NCBI RefSeq assembly: GCF_963921235.1
Contig: NC_086097.1
Location: forward strand, 162,938,001-163,002,000
Direction: 5' to 3'
Source: Mobula hypostoma
Lineage: Eukaryota
DNA: 64,000 bases
Position numbers and translations under genes: made by a program. Position 1 is the first letter of the stretch; each line of letters begins with the position of its first letter. Under the pieces are notes generated by a model, which did not search any database, was not told where the DNA came from, and was given only the letters and a program-made list of their open reading frames with translations. Below are positions 14,201 to 26,200 of this stretch, one piece after another.

Positions 14201-17200
14201 GCCAGATATTTCCCCATTATAACAACCAGTGCTAACATCGCCATGTTTGCTTATGACTAATTCTTGACTTGTGAATTGTTAACTTTCTGTTTTTTTCTTT
14301 ATGGCATTTAACGTGTCAGCAATGAGTGTGTGGTCTGTAATGTTGTAAACCTATCGCCATCTCACACTCAAACATTAATTTTTTATGCTTCTACCAAATT
14401 CTTAGAACAGTAGGTCCATGGGGTTATTACAAAGTGGAATAACATTGGTTAATAATCATGTTAAACACAAAGGAATATCTAATATAGCAAATCCCTGGAT
14501 TTTAGGCTCTTCAAAGAAAATTAAAATGTAGGGAGAAGAAGCTTGCAATTTGTGTCATATTTGTCCACTTCTCACAGGACTAATTCCACTCTTCCTAATT
14601 CCAGGTGTGGAGACAAGTGCAAAGATCAAACTGAGGTCATTCTCCTGACTGCAGTGCTCTGTCACCCTGAGTTACAAACTCTCCACCAACAGCATGCTGA
14701 GTAGTTAGTTTTAAAGGGATCAGGAATTAGAAATAAATATGAGTTAGAAGCACAAACACGAGGAAATCTGCAGATGCTGGAAATTCAAGCAACACACATA
14801 AAAATTGCTGGTGAACGCAGCAGGCCAGGCAGCATCTATAGGAAGAGGTGCAGTCGACGTTTCAGGCCGAGACCCTTCGCCAGGACTTTGTTATTACCAA
14901 AGATTAAAAATGGACTAACATTACAATCCAAAGAAGAGCAACTGGTACTATTGATGAAAACAACAAAAACTGCAGCAACATCATGTGGCTGAATGCAAAG
15001 CATTCTCCCAGCAGTGGGCGCCGCTGGGGCCCAAGGGCATTGTGGATGGAAATGACCATGTTCTAAATTGAAACTGTAAATAAATAATAAAGGACTATAC
15101 TATTGCTATAATATGATTTTTTGTAGTTACCGAGTGAACCTCCTTTGGAAAAGGGGGATAAAAGCATTCTCATTACTATACCTTGCATCCAGTCCCAGGG
15201 TCATGACCCCAGTAGTTGGCTTCACAACGATCACATTTCTCTCCCTGTGTGTGTGGTGGGCAGATACACTGTCCAGTTTCTTCTGCACAATTGTTTTGAG
15301 TGTGGGCACAGTCACAAGCTGCATAGGAAATACATGGAAAGAGCTTTTTTCTTCAGATTTACCAAGAAGATTTGTTAAACATATTATACTTCAAAATTTA
15401 GCATTAAGTACTGTGTGACTAATTTTTGTCCATGTTAATACTCTGTGCTGTTTGAATTGAGGACCATTTGTTGATACACAACATTATTTTGTGTTTAATA
15501 TATCCACATCAAGTTCTTCTGTCTGAAACTGGCAAAGCAATTAGCCCATTTATTTGAAAAAAGTATTAACCAGTTTAATATTTTTTGTTAATACAGAGCA
15601 ATTTGATTAAAGTATGGCGAGCATTTGTACAACACTATTGTACAGTTAGCATTCATATATCTGATATCCAAAACTCTGTCGCCTGCATCATAGTTCATAC
15701 CTTGGTCTATTTACTAGTTACTCCTTGTTTGCTGTTCTGCAGGTGGTAATGGTTAAACATCAACATAATTTGAAAATTATATTGCTCTTAGTTTTAACTC
15801 CCTCTATAGCTCCATCTCTCAACATCTCTGTAATCTCCCTCTGGCCTATAGCTTTCAGTTTATGAGTATATCTCTACTTCTGGCCTCGAGAAAATATTTA
15901 AACACCAGCCAAGATCTTAAGCCTTGAATTTCTGCCTGAAGTTCTCTATTAAGGTGCGCCTTGAAACTCATCTTTCCATTATCTGCCTGCCCTCGCCATT
16001 CTTTTTGTGGCTGACTCAAAGTCATTTTACTTGATAATACTCCTCTGAAATAACGTGAGATACTTTGCACATTAAACCCATCATAGAAATAGGAAACTGT
16101 CAATGTTGTTTCAGGGTTTTCAAGAAAATTACTCAAGTTTCTCCACCGATGCCATGGTTAAGCAGCAAGTGGTTAAAATATTCCTAATGTGGCTTATTCA
16201 AAGATCTACACAGCTACAACATAATTCCCCAATGACTGTACTCAACGCCATGGCTGATGTAAGCAAACCTGCTGTGTGCCTTCTTTACTACGCTATTCAC
16301 TTGTGTTGCCACTTTAAGGGAGCCACAGACTTGGTTGTACCTTACGTCTCTCTGTTCTACGCTCCCCAGGGTCTTGCCATGGACAGTGGACGTCCTGTCC
16401 TGGTTTAACTTCTCAAAATGAATCTCTTCACCTTTGTTTTGGTAGAATTTTATTTGCTATTCCTTTTCCTTGTGATCTCTGTACACACTTCTCCTTTAGT
16501 GGGAAGTGGGGGTGGGACTTAGTCTATAGTACAATCCCATCAATGTCATGAATTAAGCCTTTCAGTGAAAAGAAAAACATACTGGATGAATAGTGGGTCA
16601 GGGAGCAACAAAGGAGGGAAATGGACAATCAACATTTTAGGCTGAGACCCGTCATCTAGACGTATCCATTTCCTTCTACAAATGCTAACTGACCCTGTGA
16701 AGGACTCCTGCAGTTTGCTTCTTTATTTCTGCAGATTCCAGCATCTTGCAGTTTCTGGCGACACCGATTGATCCTAGCCTTATGGTTGTGAAAGTCAGAT
16801 TCACATATTGAATATAGGAACATCAGGCTTGAACTTGATCTTCCATTCAACAAGACCATGACTGATGCTCTACTTCAAAAAAAGGGTGCCTAAGGGTTGC
16901 TCTGGACTCGATGAGCTGAAATGCTGGTTACGGTGTTGTATCGCTCAATGTATTCATTAATTGCAATAAGAATATCCATTTAAATTAATATATGTGTAGT
17001 AGCCTTCAGTTGAAATGAATAGTCAAAAGTGTTCACTTGCACCATGTACTTCCAAAAATAGTTCAAACACTCACGTGAACACCCACCGTCCTGGAATCCA
17101 TAAAAGCCATGCGCACAGTGGTCACACTTCTCTCCACTCACCCCTGGCACACAGTGACACTGCCCATCGTCACCACAGTCCTCAGAGATTGAGCCTAATC

Positions 17201-20200
17201 GGCTGCAGTTGCAGGGACTGCAGCCCAGTCCAGTGCTCAAGCCAAAATACCCATGCTGTTAGGCATAGTAAAAGTGTAGGTTAGGCATCAGTGCAGAGGC
17301 GAAAGCAATTTGAACAGTTTGCTAAAATACGCATTGTTCAGGCAAAGGAGCTAGCGGGTTTAGACTTGCAGGCAATAGTTGTTCCCTTTGTAAAGATCAT
17401 TGAAGTTAACATTCTTTTCGATAATTGACTTTGGAAAGTAATTTGTACATCACTCTTCAGGTTCTCTTTTTAGTACCAGGAGAAAAATCAGCTGATAAAA
17501 ACGGATCCCATATGATTCAGTAAAAAAAAATCAACATTGCTGCAATAGAAACTGCTTCCTGCTAACAATGACTGAATATACAGGGAATAATAAACACTGA
17601 TAATGGTCTTGTTACACACACAAAATGATGGAAAATTATAACATAATGTTTAAGGTTCATGGCATCATTGACATTTGCCGCATGAAGCATTCACAGCACT
17701 AATCGTGCCAGCAGTGACTGGAATCATTTAAAGCAGACTGCATTAGATGTCTTGCCCAGTAGCTCTGCATTTCCTTTGGCTTCAATTATTTCAATTCTCC
17801 TTCAGACACAGCATCCCATCATTCAACAACCCTCTGTGTAAATACATTTTATCCTCCGACCCTTTTTCCAAACTCTCTTCATCCTGATATTTAATTATTG
17901 ATGCTTCATTAAGGAATCTTTTGCTAAGGAAATTATCATTCCCTGTTTATCTTGTCAAAGTTCTTCATGAGGATAATAAAGTATATCTTCTTATCTAAGT
18001 GTTGGTATCTATAAAATTCCCCTCCAGAAACTCAAACTCACCAACTCCTTTACAACTAATATCTAAGTTTGACACAACAGCCTCAATATAGTCAAGAGAT
18101 GAAGCCAATGCCGTAAAAAGATCACGTGATTCTATCTGATTGCCTCTGACCTTTGTTTTTACTGCTTTGCTGCTGAAACCCTTGTCAGTGCAATTGTCAG
18201 CCCTACCCAAGTCTCTATAAGTATGGCAACTTCAGCCTTGGGGGGATTCATGTTTTTTGCAGTTCATTGAAAACTCTGCTCCTTCTGTCTCAATTTAACG
18301 AAAGTCCTGCTCACCCAGCAACCATGCCTTTGTGGACTTGCAGGCACAATCTGAACTCCACCAACAAAAGACATTTTGGCCAACTCATCTGTGTCAGCTT
18401 TTTAAGTTAAACCACTCGTACCCTTCTTTCTTTTTGCAGTTCTCTGCCTTATAAGTATGTACTTAATGTTTGTAACAGATTTTCTCGCCAAACCTGTTGG
18501 AATTCTTTAAGGAAATAACAGGCAGGATAGGCAGAGGAGAATTGTGGATGTTGCTTGTTTGAATTATCAGAAGGCCTTTGCACATGAGGCTGCTGAACAA
18601 GATAAGAGCCCATGGTATTACAGGTCAAATACTAACATTGATAGAAGATTGACTGAATGGCAGGACGCAAAGAGTGAGAATATAGCGGGCCTTTTCTGGT
18701 TGACTGACAGTGACTAGTGGTGTTCCACAGGGGTTGAATAGGATAGCTTCTTTGCACATTATATGTCAGCGATTTGGATGATGGAATTGATGGCTTTGTA
18801 GCCAGATTTATGGACGATACAAAGAAAGGCATAGGAGCAGGTAATGTGGAAGAAACAGAGTCCGCAAAAGAACTTGGACATTGGGAGAAAGGGCACTGAA
18901 GTGGCAAATAGAAAATAGTGTAGGGAAGTGGATGGTCAAGCATTTTGGGAGGAGTACAGACATAAACTATTCTCTAAACTGAGAGAAAATTCAAAAATCA
19001 GAGGTGCAAAGTGACTTGTGAGTCCATGTGCGGGATTTTCCAAAGGTTAACTTACAGCCTGAGTTGGTGGTAAGAAAGACAAATGCAATGTTAGCATTCA
19101 TTTTGAGAGCACTAGAATATAGGAGCAAGGATGCAATGTTGAGGCTTTACAAGGCATTGGTCAGACCTTACTGGAGTATTGTGGGCAGTTTTGGGCCCCT
19201 TATCTAAGAAAAGACGTACTGGCATTGGAGAAGATCCTGAGGAAGTTCATGAAAATGATTCCAGGAATAAAAGGATTATACATTAATGCATTTAATGACT
19301 CTGGGCCTGTACTCACTGGAGTTCAGAAAATTGAGGGGGAATCTGATTGAAAGCTATCAAATATTGGAAGGCCTAGAGAGAGTGGTTGTGAAGAGGATAC
19401 TTCCTATAGTGGGGGAAGCCTAGGACCAGAGGCAACACCCTCAGAATAGAGGAATGTCCATTTAAAACAGAGATGAGGAGGAGTTTCTTTAGCCAGAGGT
19501 TGGTGAATTTGTAGAATTCATTGTCATGGACAGCTATGGATATCAAGTCATTAAGTATAGTTAAAGCAGAGTTTGATAGGTCCCTGATTACAGTGTATCA
19601 AAGGGTACAGGCAGAAGGCAGAGATCGGGGATGAGCAGGATAATTAACGAGCCAGGAAACAGTCGAGGCCAGTTCATTGGCTATATTTAAGAGGGAGTTA
19701 GATATGGCCCTTGTGGCTAGGGGGATCAGAGGGTATGGAGGGAAGGCTGGTGCAGGGTTCTGAGTTGATGATCAGCCATGATCATAATAAGTAGCGGTGC
19801 AGGCTCGAAGGGCCGAATCGTCTACTCCTGCACCTATTTTCTATGTTTTCTATGTTTCTATGATGGAATGGTGGAACAGATTCAATGGGCTAAATGGTGT
19901 AAATGGTGAATTCTGCTCCTGTGTCTTATGGTAACATTTCAATACTAATACTAAGCAAATAGGCACTCATAGGAACATGTAGCCAAACATGTTGTCATAG
20001 ATACTCAATGGAACATGTAGCCAACCACTACAGGCAAACTTACATGTAATTAAATTTAAATGGTTGACAGACCAGATGTCTTTTTTTGGAAAAATCTGAA
20101 CATATTGTTCGCAGTTTGTAAATTGGATGATGTTTTTGAACTTCCATCATTAGTTCAACAAGCTACAAGTTAATGCACTGAATGACCTCAGCAAACTCAA

Positions 20201-23200
20201 TAAATAATGAACTCTGAAACTGCCCAGTGTAAATCGTAAGATATAGGAGCAGAATCAGGCCATTCATTTACTTTCCCTCTCAACCCCCTTCTCCCTGTAA
20301 CCTTTGAAGCCTGTACTAATCAAGAACCTATTAACATCCACTTTAAATATGCCCAATGACTTGACCTCCACAGCCGTCCGTAGCAATGAATTTCCACCTT
20401 GTACCTGAAGCAATTCCGCCACGTCCCTGTTCTAAAAGGACATCCTCCTATTCTTAAGCTGTGCCCTCTGGTCCTAGACTCTCCCACAAATGGAAGCAGC
20501 TGTCAAAGTCAATGTCAGCGTGGCTTCTGTAAAGGGAATTCCTGCCTGACAAATCTGCTAAGAGTTCTTTGAGGAAGTAACAAGCACGGTGGACAAAGGA
20601 GAGGAACTGGATTTCATTTCCTTGGATTTTCAGAAGGTATTTGATAAGGTGCCACACATGAGGCTGCTTAATGATATAAAATCCCATGACATTACAGGAA
20701 AGATACTGGCATGGATAGACAGACGGGCAGGAGGCAGTGAGTGGGAATAAAAGGAGCCTTTTCTGGTTGGCTGCCTGTGACTAGTGGTGTTCCTCGGGGG
20801 TCAGTATTGGGATCGCTACTTTTCACATTGTTTTCCAATGATCTGGATAATGGAATTGAAGGCTTTGTGGCAAAGTTTGCAGATGATATGAAGATAGGTG
20901 GAGGAGTAGGTAGTGCTGAGGAAGCAATGCGATTGCAGAAGGACTTACACTAATTGGAAGAATGGGCAAAGAAGTGGCAGATGGAATACAGTGTTGGGAA
21001 ATGGTAAAAGGAACAAAAGTGCAGACTATTATATAAATGGGAAGAAAATTCAAACATCAGAGGCACAAAGGGACTTAGGAGTCCTTGTGCAAGACTCCCA
21101 AAAGGTTAATTTACAGTTTGGATCTGTGGTAAAGAAGGCAAATGCAAAATTGGCATTAATTTCAAGGGGAGTAGAATATAAAAACAAGGAGATAATACAG
21201 GTGCTTTACAAGACACTAGTCAGGCCACACTTAAATGTTGTCAACAGTTCTGGGCCCCATGTCTTAGAAACGATATACAGGTGTCCCCTGCTTTTCGAAC
21301 ATTCGCTTTACGAAACCTCACTGTTACGAAAGACCTACATTAGTTCCCTGTTTTTGCTAACAGAAGGTGTTTTCACTGTTACGAAAAAAGCAGTGCGAGA
21401 TAAAAGGCAGCGCGCGAAAAAAGTAGCACGCGCCCCAAGCAGCTGCTCTCCCCCAGATTCAGAATGGCATTCTAGCTGGCAGTGCTTAAACACGTGCCTG
21501 TGAGGAGCCTTTAACAAGATGAGTTCTAAGGCATCGGAAAAGCCTAAAAGACCTCGTAAGGGTGTTACACTTAGTGTAAAACTAGACATAATTAAGCTTT
21601 TCGATAAGTAAGGACAAAGTGAGTTTGGCTTGTGGAAGTTGACGAAGATGATGCTGAAGAGGTTTTGGCATCCCATGACCAAGAACTGATAGATGAAGAG
21701 CTGAAGCAATTGGAAGAGGAAAGGATAACAATCGAAACCAAATGCAGTAGCGAACAGACCGAAGGTGACGTCGTCCAGGAACTGAACGTGAAGCAACTGC
21801 GTGAGATTTTCGCTGAAATGATTGCAGAAAAGTACGACTTTAATTTTGAAAGGGTACGTCGGTTTAGGGCATATTTGCAAGATGGTTTGAGTGCTTACAA
21901 AGAACTGTATGATAGAAAAATGCGCAAGCCTCAGCAGTCAAGCCAGCCTTCCACATCAGCCACAGCAGACAACGAACCTCGACCTTTGACATCGAGGCAG
22001 ACAGACATAGAAGAAGATGACCTGCCTCCCTGATGGAAACAGACGATGATGAGATGACACCCCAGTGTCCCACCATCCCAACCCCCAGGTCGCGGACAGA
22101 TACCGATTCATGGAGAATGCAGCGGTAGCCGGGAGGCACCCAACACATCTTTAAGAAAAAAGCCGAAATAAACAAACTAGTTAATTAGGTGCCGCCTGGC
22201 ACGTAAATGTCGGCCCAGATCAGAGGCAATTGCCCATTGCGTCGCCTCTGATCTGGGCGGACATTTACGTGCCACGCGGCACCTAATTAATTAGCTTGTT
22301 TATTTTGGCTTTTTTCTTAAAGATGTGCTGGGTGTATCCCGGCTACCGCTGTACCCCTGCCTGCTTCGCAGATCGGTATCGATTCGTTGCCCGGAGGGTG
22401 GAGGCCACTGCACCACCCCAACCTCTGACGACTCAGTCTAACACACCATCATCAGTGTGCTCGATGTCTTCCCGATTCCCGTAAGTGATACTACACTGTA
22501 CATACATTATTCCTACTTTATATAGGCTGTGTATTTTTATGTGTTATTTGGTATGATTTGGCAGCTCCATAGCTTAAAGATTACTGGAGAGCACTTGCGC
22601 CGTGCTTCTGCCGAGAGTGCTTGCGTGAGATTTTCGCTATGGAGAACAGTGCGGCAATGATTGTAGAGAAGTATTTCTACTTTATATAGGCTGTGTATTT
22701 ATCTTATCATTCCTGCTTTTACTATATGTTACTGTTATTTTAGGTCTTATGTGTTATTTGGCATGACTTGGTAGGTTATTTTTGGGCCTGTGAACGCTCA
22801 CAAATTTTTCCCATATAAGTAAATGGTAATTGCTTCTTCGCTTTACGACCTTCTGGCTTACGAACCGTTTCACAGGAACACTCCACCTTCGGATGGCGGG
22901 GGAAACCTGTATAGTCATTGGAGAGAGTCCAGAGGAAGTTCACAACGATGATTCCGGGAATGAAGGAGTTAACATATGAGGATTATTTGGCGCTTAGGCC
23001 TGTACTCACTGGAATTTAGAAGAATGCGAGGGGATCTCATTGAGACCTACTAAATGTTGAAAACGCTAGATAAGGTAAATGTGGAAAGGATGTTTTCTAT
23101 GGTGGAGGTATCCAGCACTAGAGGGCACAGCCTTAAAATTGAGGGGTGACCCTTTAGAACAGGGGTAAAGAAGAACTTTTTTTTAGTCAGTGGAATGCTC

Positions 23201-26200
23201 TGCCACAGACCGCTGTGGAGACAAATATCGTGGGCATACTTAAAGCGAAAATTGGTAAGTTTCCTGATGGTTCAGGGCATCAAAGGCCATCAGCCATGAT
23301 GGAATCATGGAGCAGACTCAATGTGCTGAATAGCCAAGTTTTTCTCCTATATCTTATGGTCTTATCTGCTCCATGTCCACTCTATCTATATAACACCTTT
23401 CAATATTCATTGGATCAATGAGATCCCTCTTCATTCTTCTAAACTCCAGTGATGGAGGTCGAGATAGTGAATAGATGATTTAGGAGATCAGGCATCAGGA
23501 AAGTAGAGTTGAAGTTAGACCAGCCATGTGTTTCCAGAACTGCCCTGCCTTCATATGGAAAAATATCACTTCCCTTGAGAATCATTGGCATTCGGTAACT
23601 GTAACTGGGAGCCCACCTTGCGGAAAACTGTCAAGTTATATTGTGTCCCATCAGCCCAAGTTGCAATTTTGCTTTTGAAGGTTTTTATATGTGAAATTTT
23701 TTTATTCACAAGATCAACCTTTGACAAGTTATTGGGAGGAGTAGCCCTTCACCCAACACTCATCCATCCTGACAAAGACCAAAAAAAAGCTAAGGCTAAA
23801 ACGCACAAACTCTCCTACTTTATACAATGTGGAAACAATTGCCATATGAGAATGATTGGCAAATACTATACTGGGCCTGACTAACTGCCATGTAAATATG
23901 ATGCTTTGCTTTCAGCTTCTGTGACATCTAAATTGTTCAATAAATTTATAACCAAGAAGCCTCTGTGAGCTATCGTTTGCTTTTCTTGAACTTGAATACT
24001 TCACATGAATAAAAGCCGTAGAATGAGGCATAATGAGTCTCACTTGAAGCCATATCAAAATGCCTAATTATTAAGTCAGATCAGTTCCCCTGTTAGAACT
24101 TTAAAAAGAAATACAAACCTAAATGGGCTGTTAAGATCTTTCAACAGATCTTCCAGGCTACAAAGTATAAAATGAATTAGGTGCTTTTGTTGTGATGTAA
24201 GGATTCAGTGATCTGCTTTTTATTTGAACAACAGAGGTATTATTTTGTGTTAAAAGTCTGGATTTAAACTTTGCATTCTGCCACCTAATAGAGTTAAAGG
24301 TTTGGTAAGTGTGAGTCTTGCACATTCCAGTTGTTGTTTAGTATGTGTGACTAAAGAGATACATAGGCTGATTTAAAGTACCCAGTTTTGTTAATTGGCA
24401 GATTTAAGGATTTTCTTTTCACCAAAGGGTTGTAATGATCTGGAACTCATTCACTGTGTGTAGGAGGCAGAAACTTCAACTGAATTCAAAATGTCCCTAG
24501 ACCAGCACTAACCACTGCACGTGACATTACCTTACAAGTTTGTGAAGCAAGTGATGGGAAATGAACTACCTACATACCCCCACATTTGGCTGGTGTGGAC
24601 AGGTTGAGGACATCCTCTGCTGCACATCTCTGTAATTTCTACATTAAACTCTGTGGGTAGAAGTTCGTTCTCAATTGCCTCTGCTAAACGTATTGTGTAT
24701 TGAACTTCGGTTCCATTGGTCAAGCATCGTGAAGCTGGGATAAACTTCCACACAGTTGTATTTCTATTTAATTATGACATGAATAATTGTTAACAGTAAA
24801 CGCTAATCCAATTATAAATACGCACCGTACACTTGTCACACTTCTGCCCCAGAACGTTGGACTTGCATTGGCAACGACCAGATGTGAAGTCACACACCTC
24901 ACTATACGAACCATTCATATTGCAGTCACAAGCTGAAATACAAAGGGTAAGTCTGTAACCTAGCGCCTGATCTGATCTCAGGAAAGAGTTTCTTTAGTTT
25001 GCTGCTTTCCCCTCCCTCTAAGTGTTGATTACTTCCTCTTCAGCCCTTCATCCCTCCCAGCTTCTTACTTCATTCCCACTCCCCCACTCACCAACCTTCC
25101 TCCTCACCTGGTCTCACCTATCACCTGACAGCTTGTACTCCTTCCCTCCCCCCACCTTTTTATTCTGCCTTCTGAGCTCTTGCTTTCCAGTCTTGGCCTG
25201 AATCTTTGACTGTGTATTCCCCTCCACAGTTGCTGGCTGTCTGGGTGACATCTTGCAGGGTGGGAGCCATTTGAAAACTAAAAGTTTTGCCGGGAGTGAG
25301 TCACTGTTTAAAGTACTGAGTGAACGAGTGACATCTTGGAGAGCGGGAACTATTGAAAATTGCAACGCGAGTCATTGTTTCAAGTAGTGAGGGTGAGAGC
25401 AACATCGTGCAGGGCTGGAGCCATTTGAAAACTGCAAGTCTCGTCGGGAGTGAATTATTGTTTAAACGGCGAGTGAAAAACCGACATCTTGCAGGGCAGG
25501 AGCCATTTGAAAAATACAAGTCTCATCAGGACTGAGAAAGGAGGTGTAAGAAGAGCGGCCATTTTTAGAGTAGAGCAGTGATATAGTGGTACAGCTTTGG
25601 CTCAAAAGGCTTAAGCAAGAGGTTCTAAATAAGCTACCAGAAAGTGTTTTATTCTGTTAGTATATAGCTAATGCACTGATAATGGGTCCAGAGTTATTTT
25701 CCTTATGTGAGATGTGAGACCTCCAGTCTCCGATAGCTACACGTGCACAAAGTGCACCGAGCTGCAGTGCCTTAAGAGATCATGTTTAGGAAGTGGAGCT
25801 GCAGCCTGATGACCTTCAGCTCATATGGGACAATGAGGAGGTGATAGATAGGAGCTACAGGGAGGTAAGAGACAGGTACAGGGATATGGAAAGGGAATAG
25901 GCAGCCAGTGCACAGTGCCCCACTGACATTCCCCTCAACAATAATACACCGCTTTGGATATTGTTGGGGGGGGGGAGGGATGACCTAGCGGGGAGAAGTT
26001 GCAGCAACCAGGTCTCTGGCAGTGAGTCTGGCTCTGTGGCTCAGAAGGGAAGGGAGAAGAGGAGTGCAGAAATAATAGGGGATTCCTCCACAGTCTGGGA
26101 AGCAGACAGACAATATTGTAGGTGTGATGAAGACACCCAGATGGTATGTTGCCTCCCAGGTGCCAGGGTCCTGAATGTTTTGTACCAGGTCCACAGCATT

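Larger units (their letters stand above)
20510..23365 (+). mobile_element. CR1 LINE 3' half interrupted by the Tigger-like element
   Basis: GVPRGSVLG and FADD in ORF 20741-20953; resumes at 22912; TCTTATGGTCTTAT tail. Confidence 0.9.

Noticed and set aside
21632..22033. Domesticated TIGD/CENP-B-like host gene
   Set aside because: Lies within TIRs and a TA TSD, is nested in a CR1, and lacks the DDE domain and most of the HTH.
25246..25535. CRISPR-like array
   Set aside because: The whole unit is homologous with no unique spacers, there are no cas genes, and the context is a vertebrate intron.
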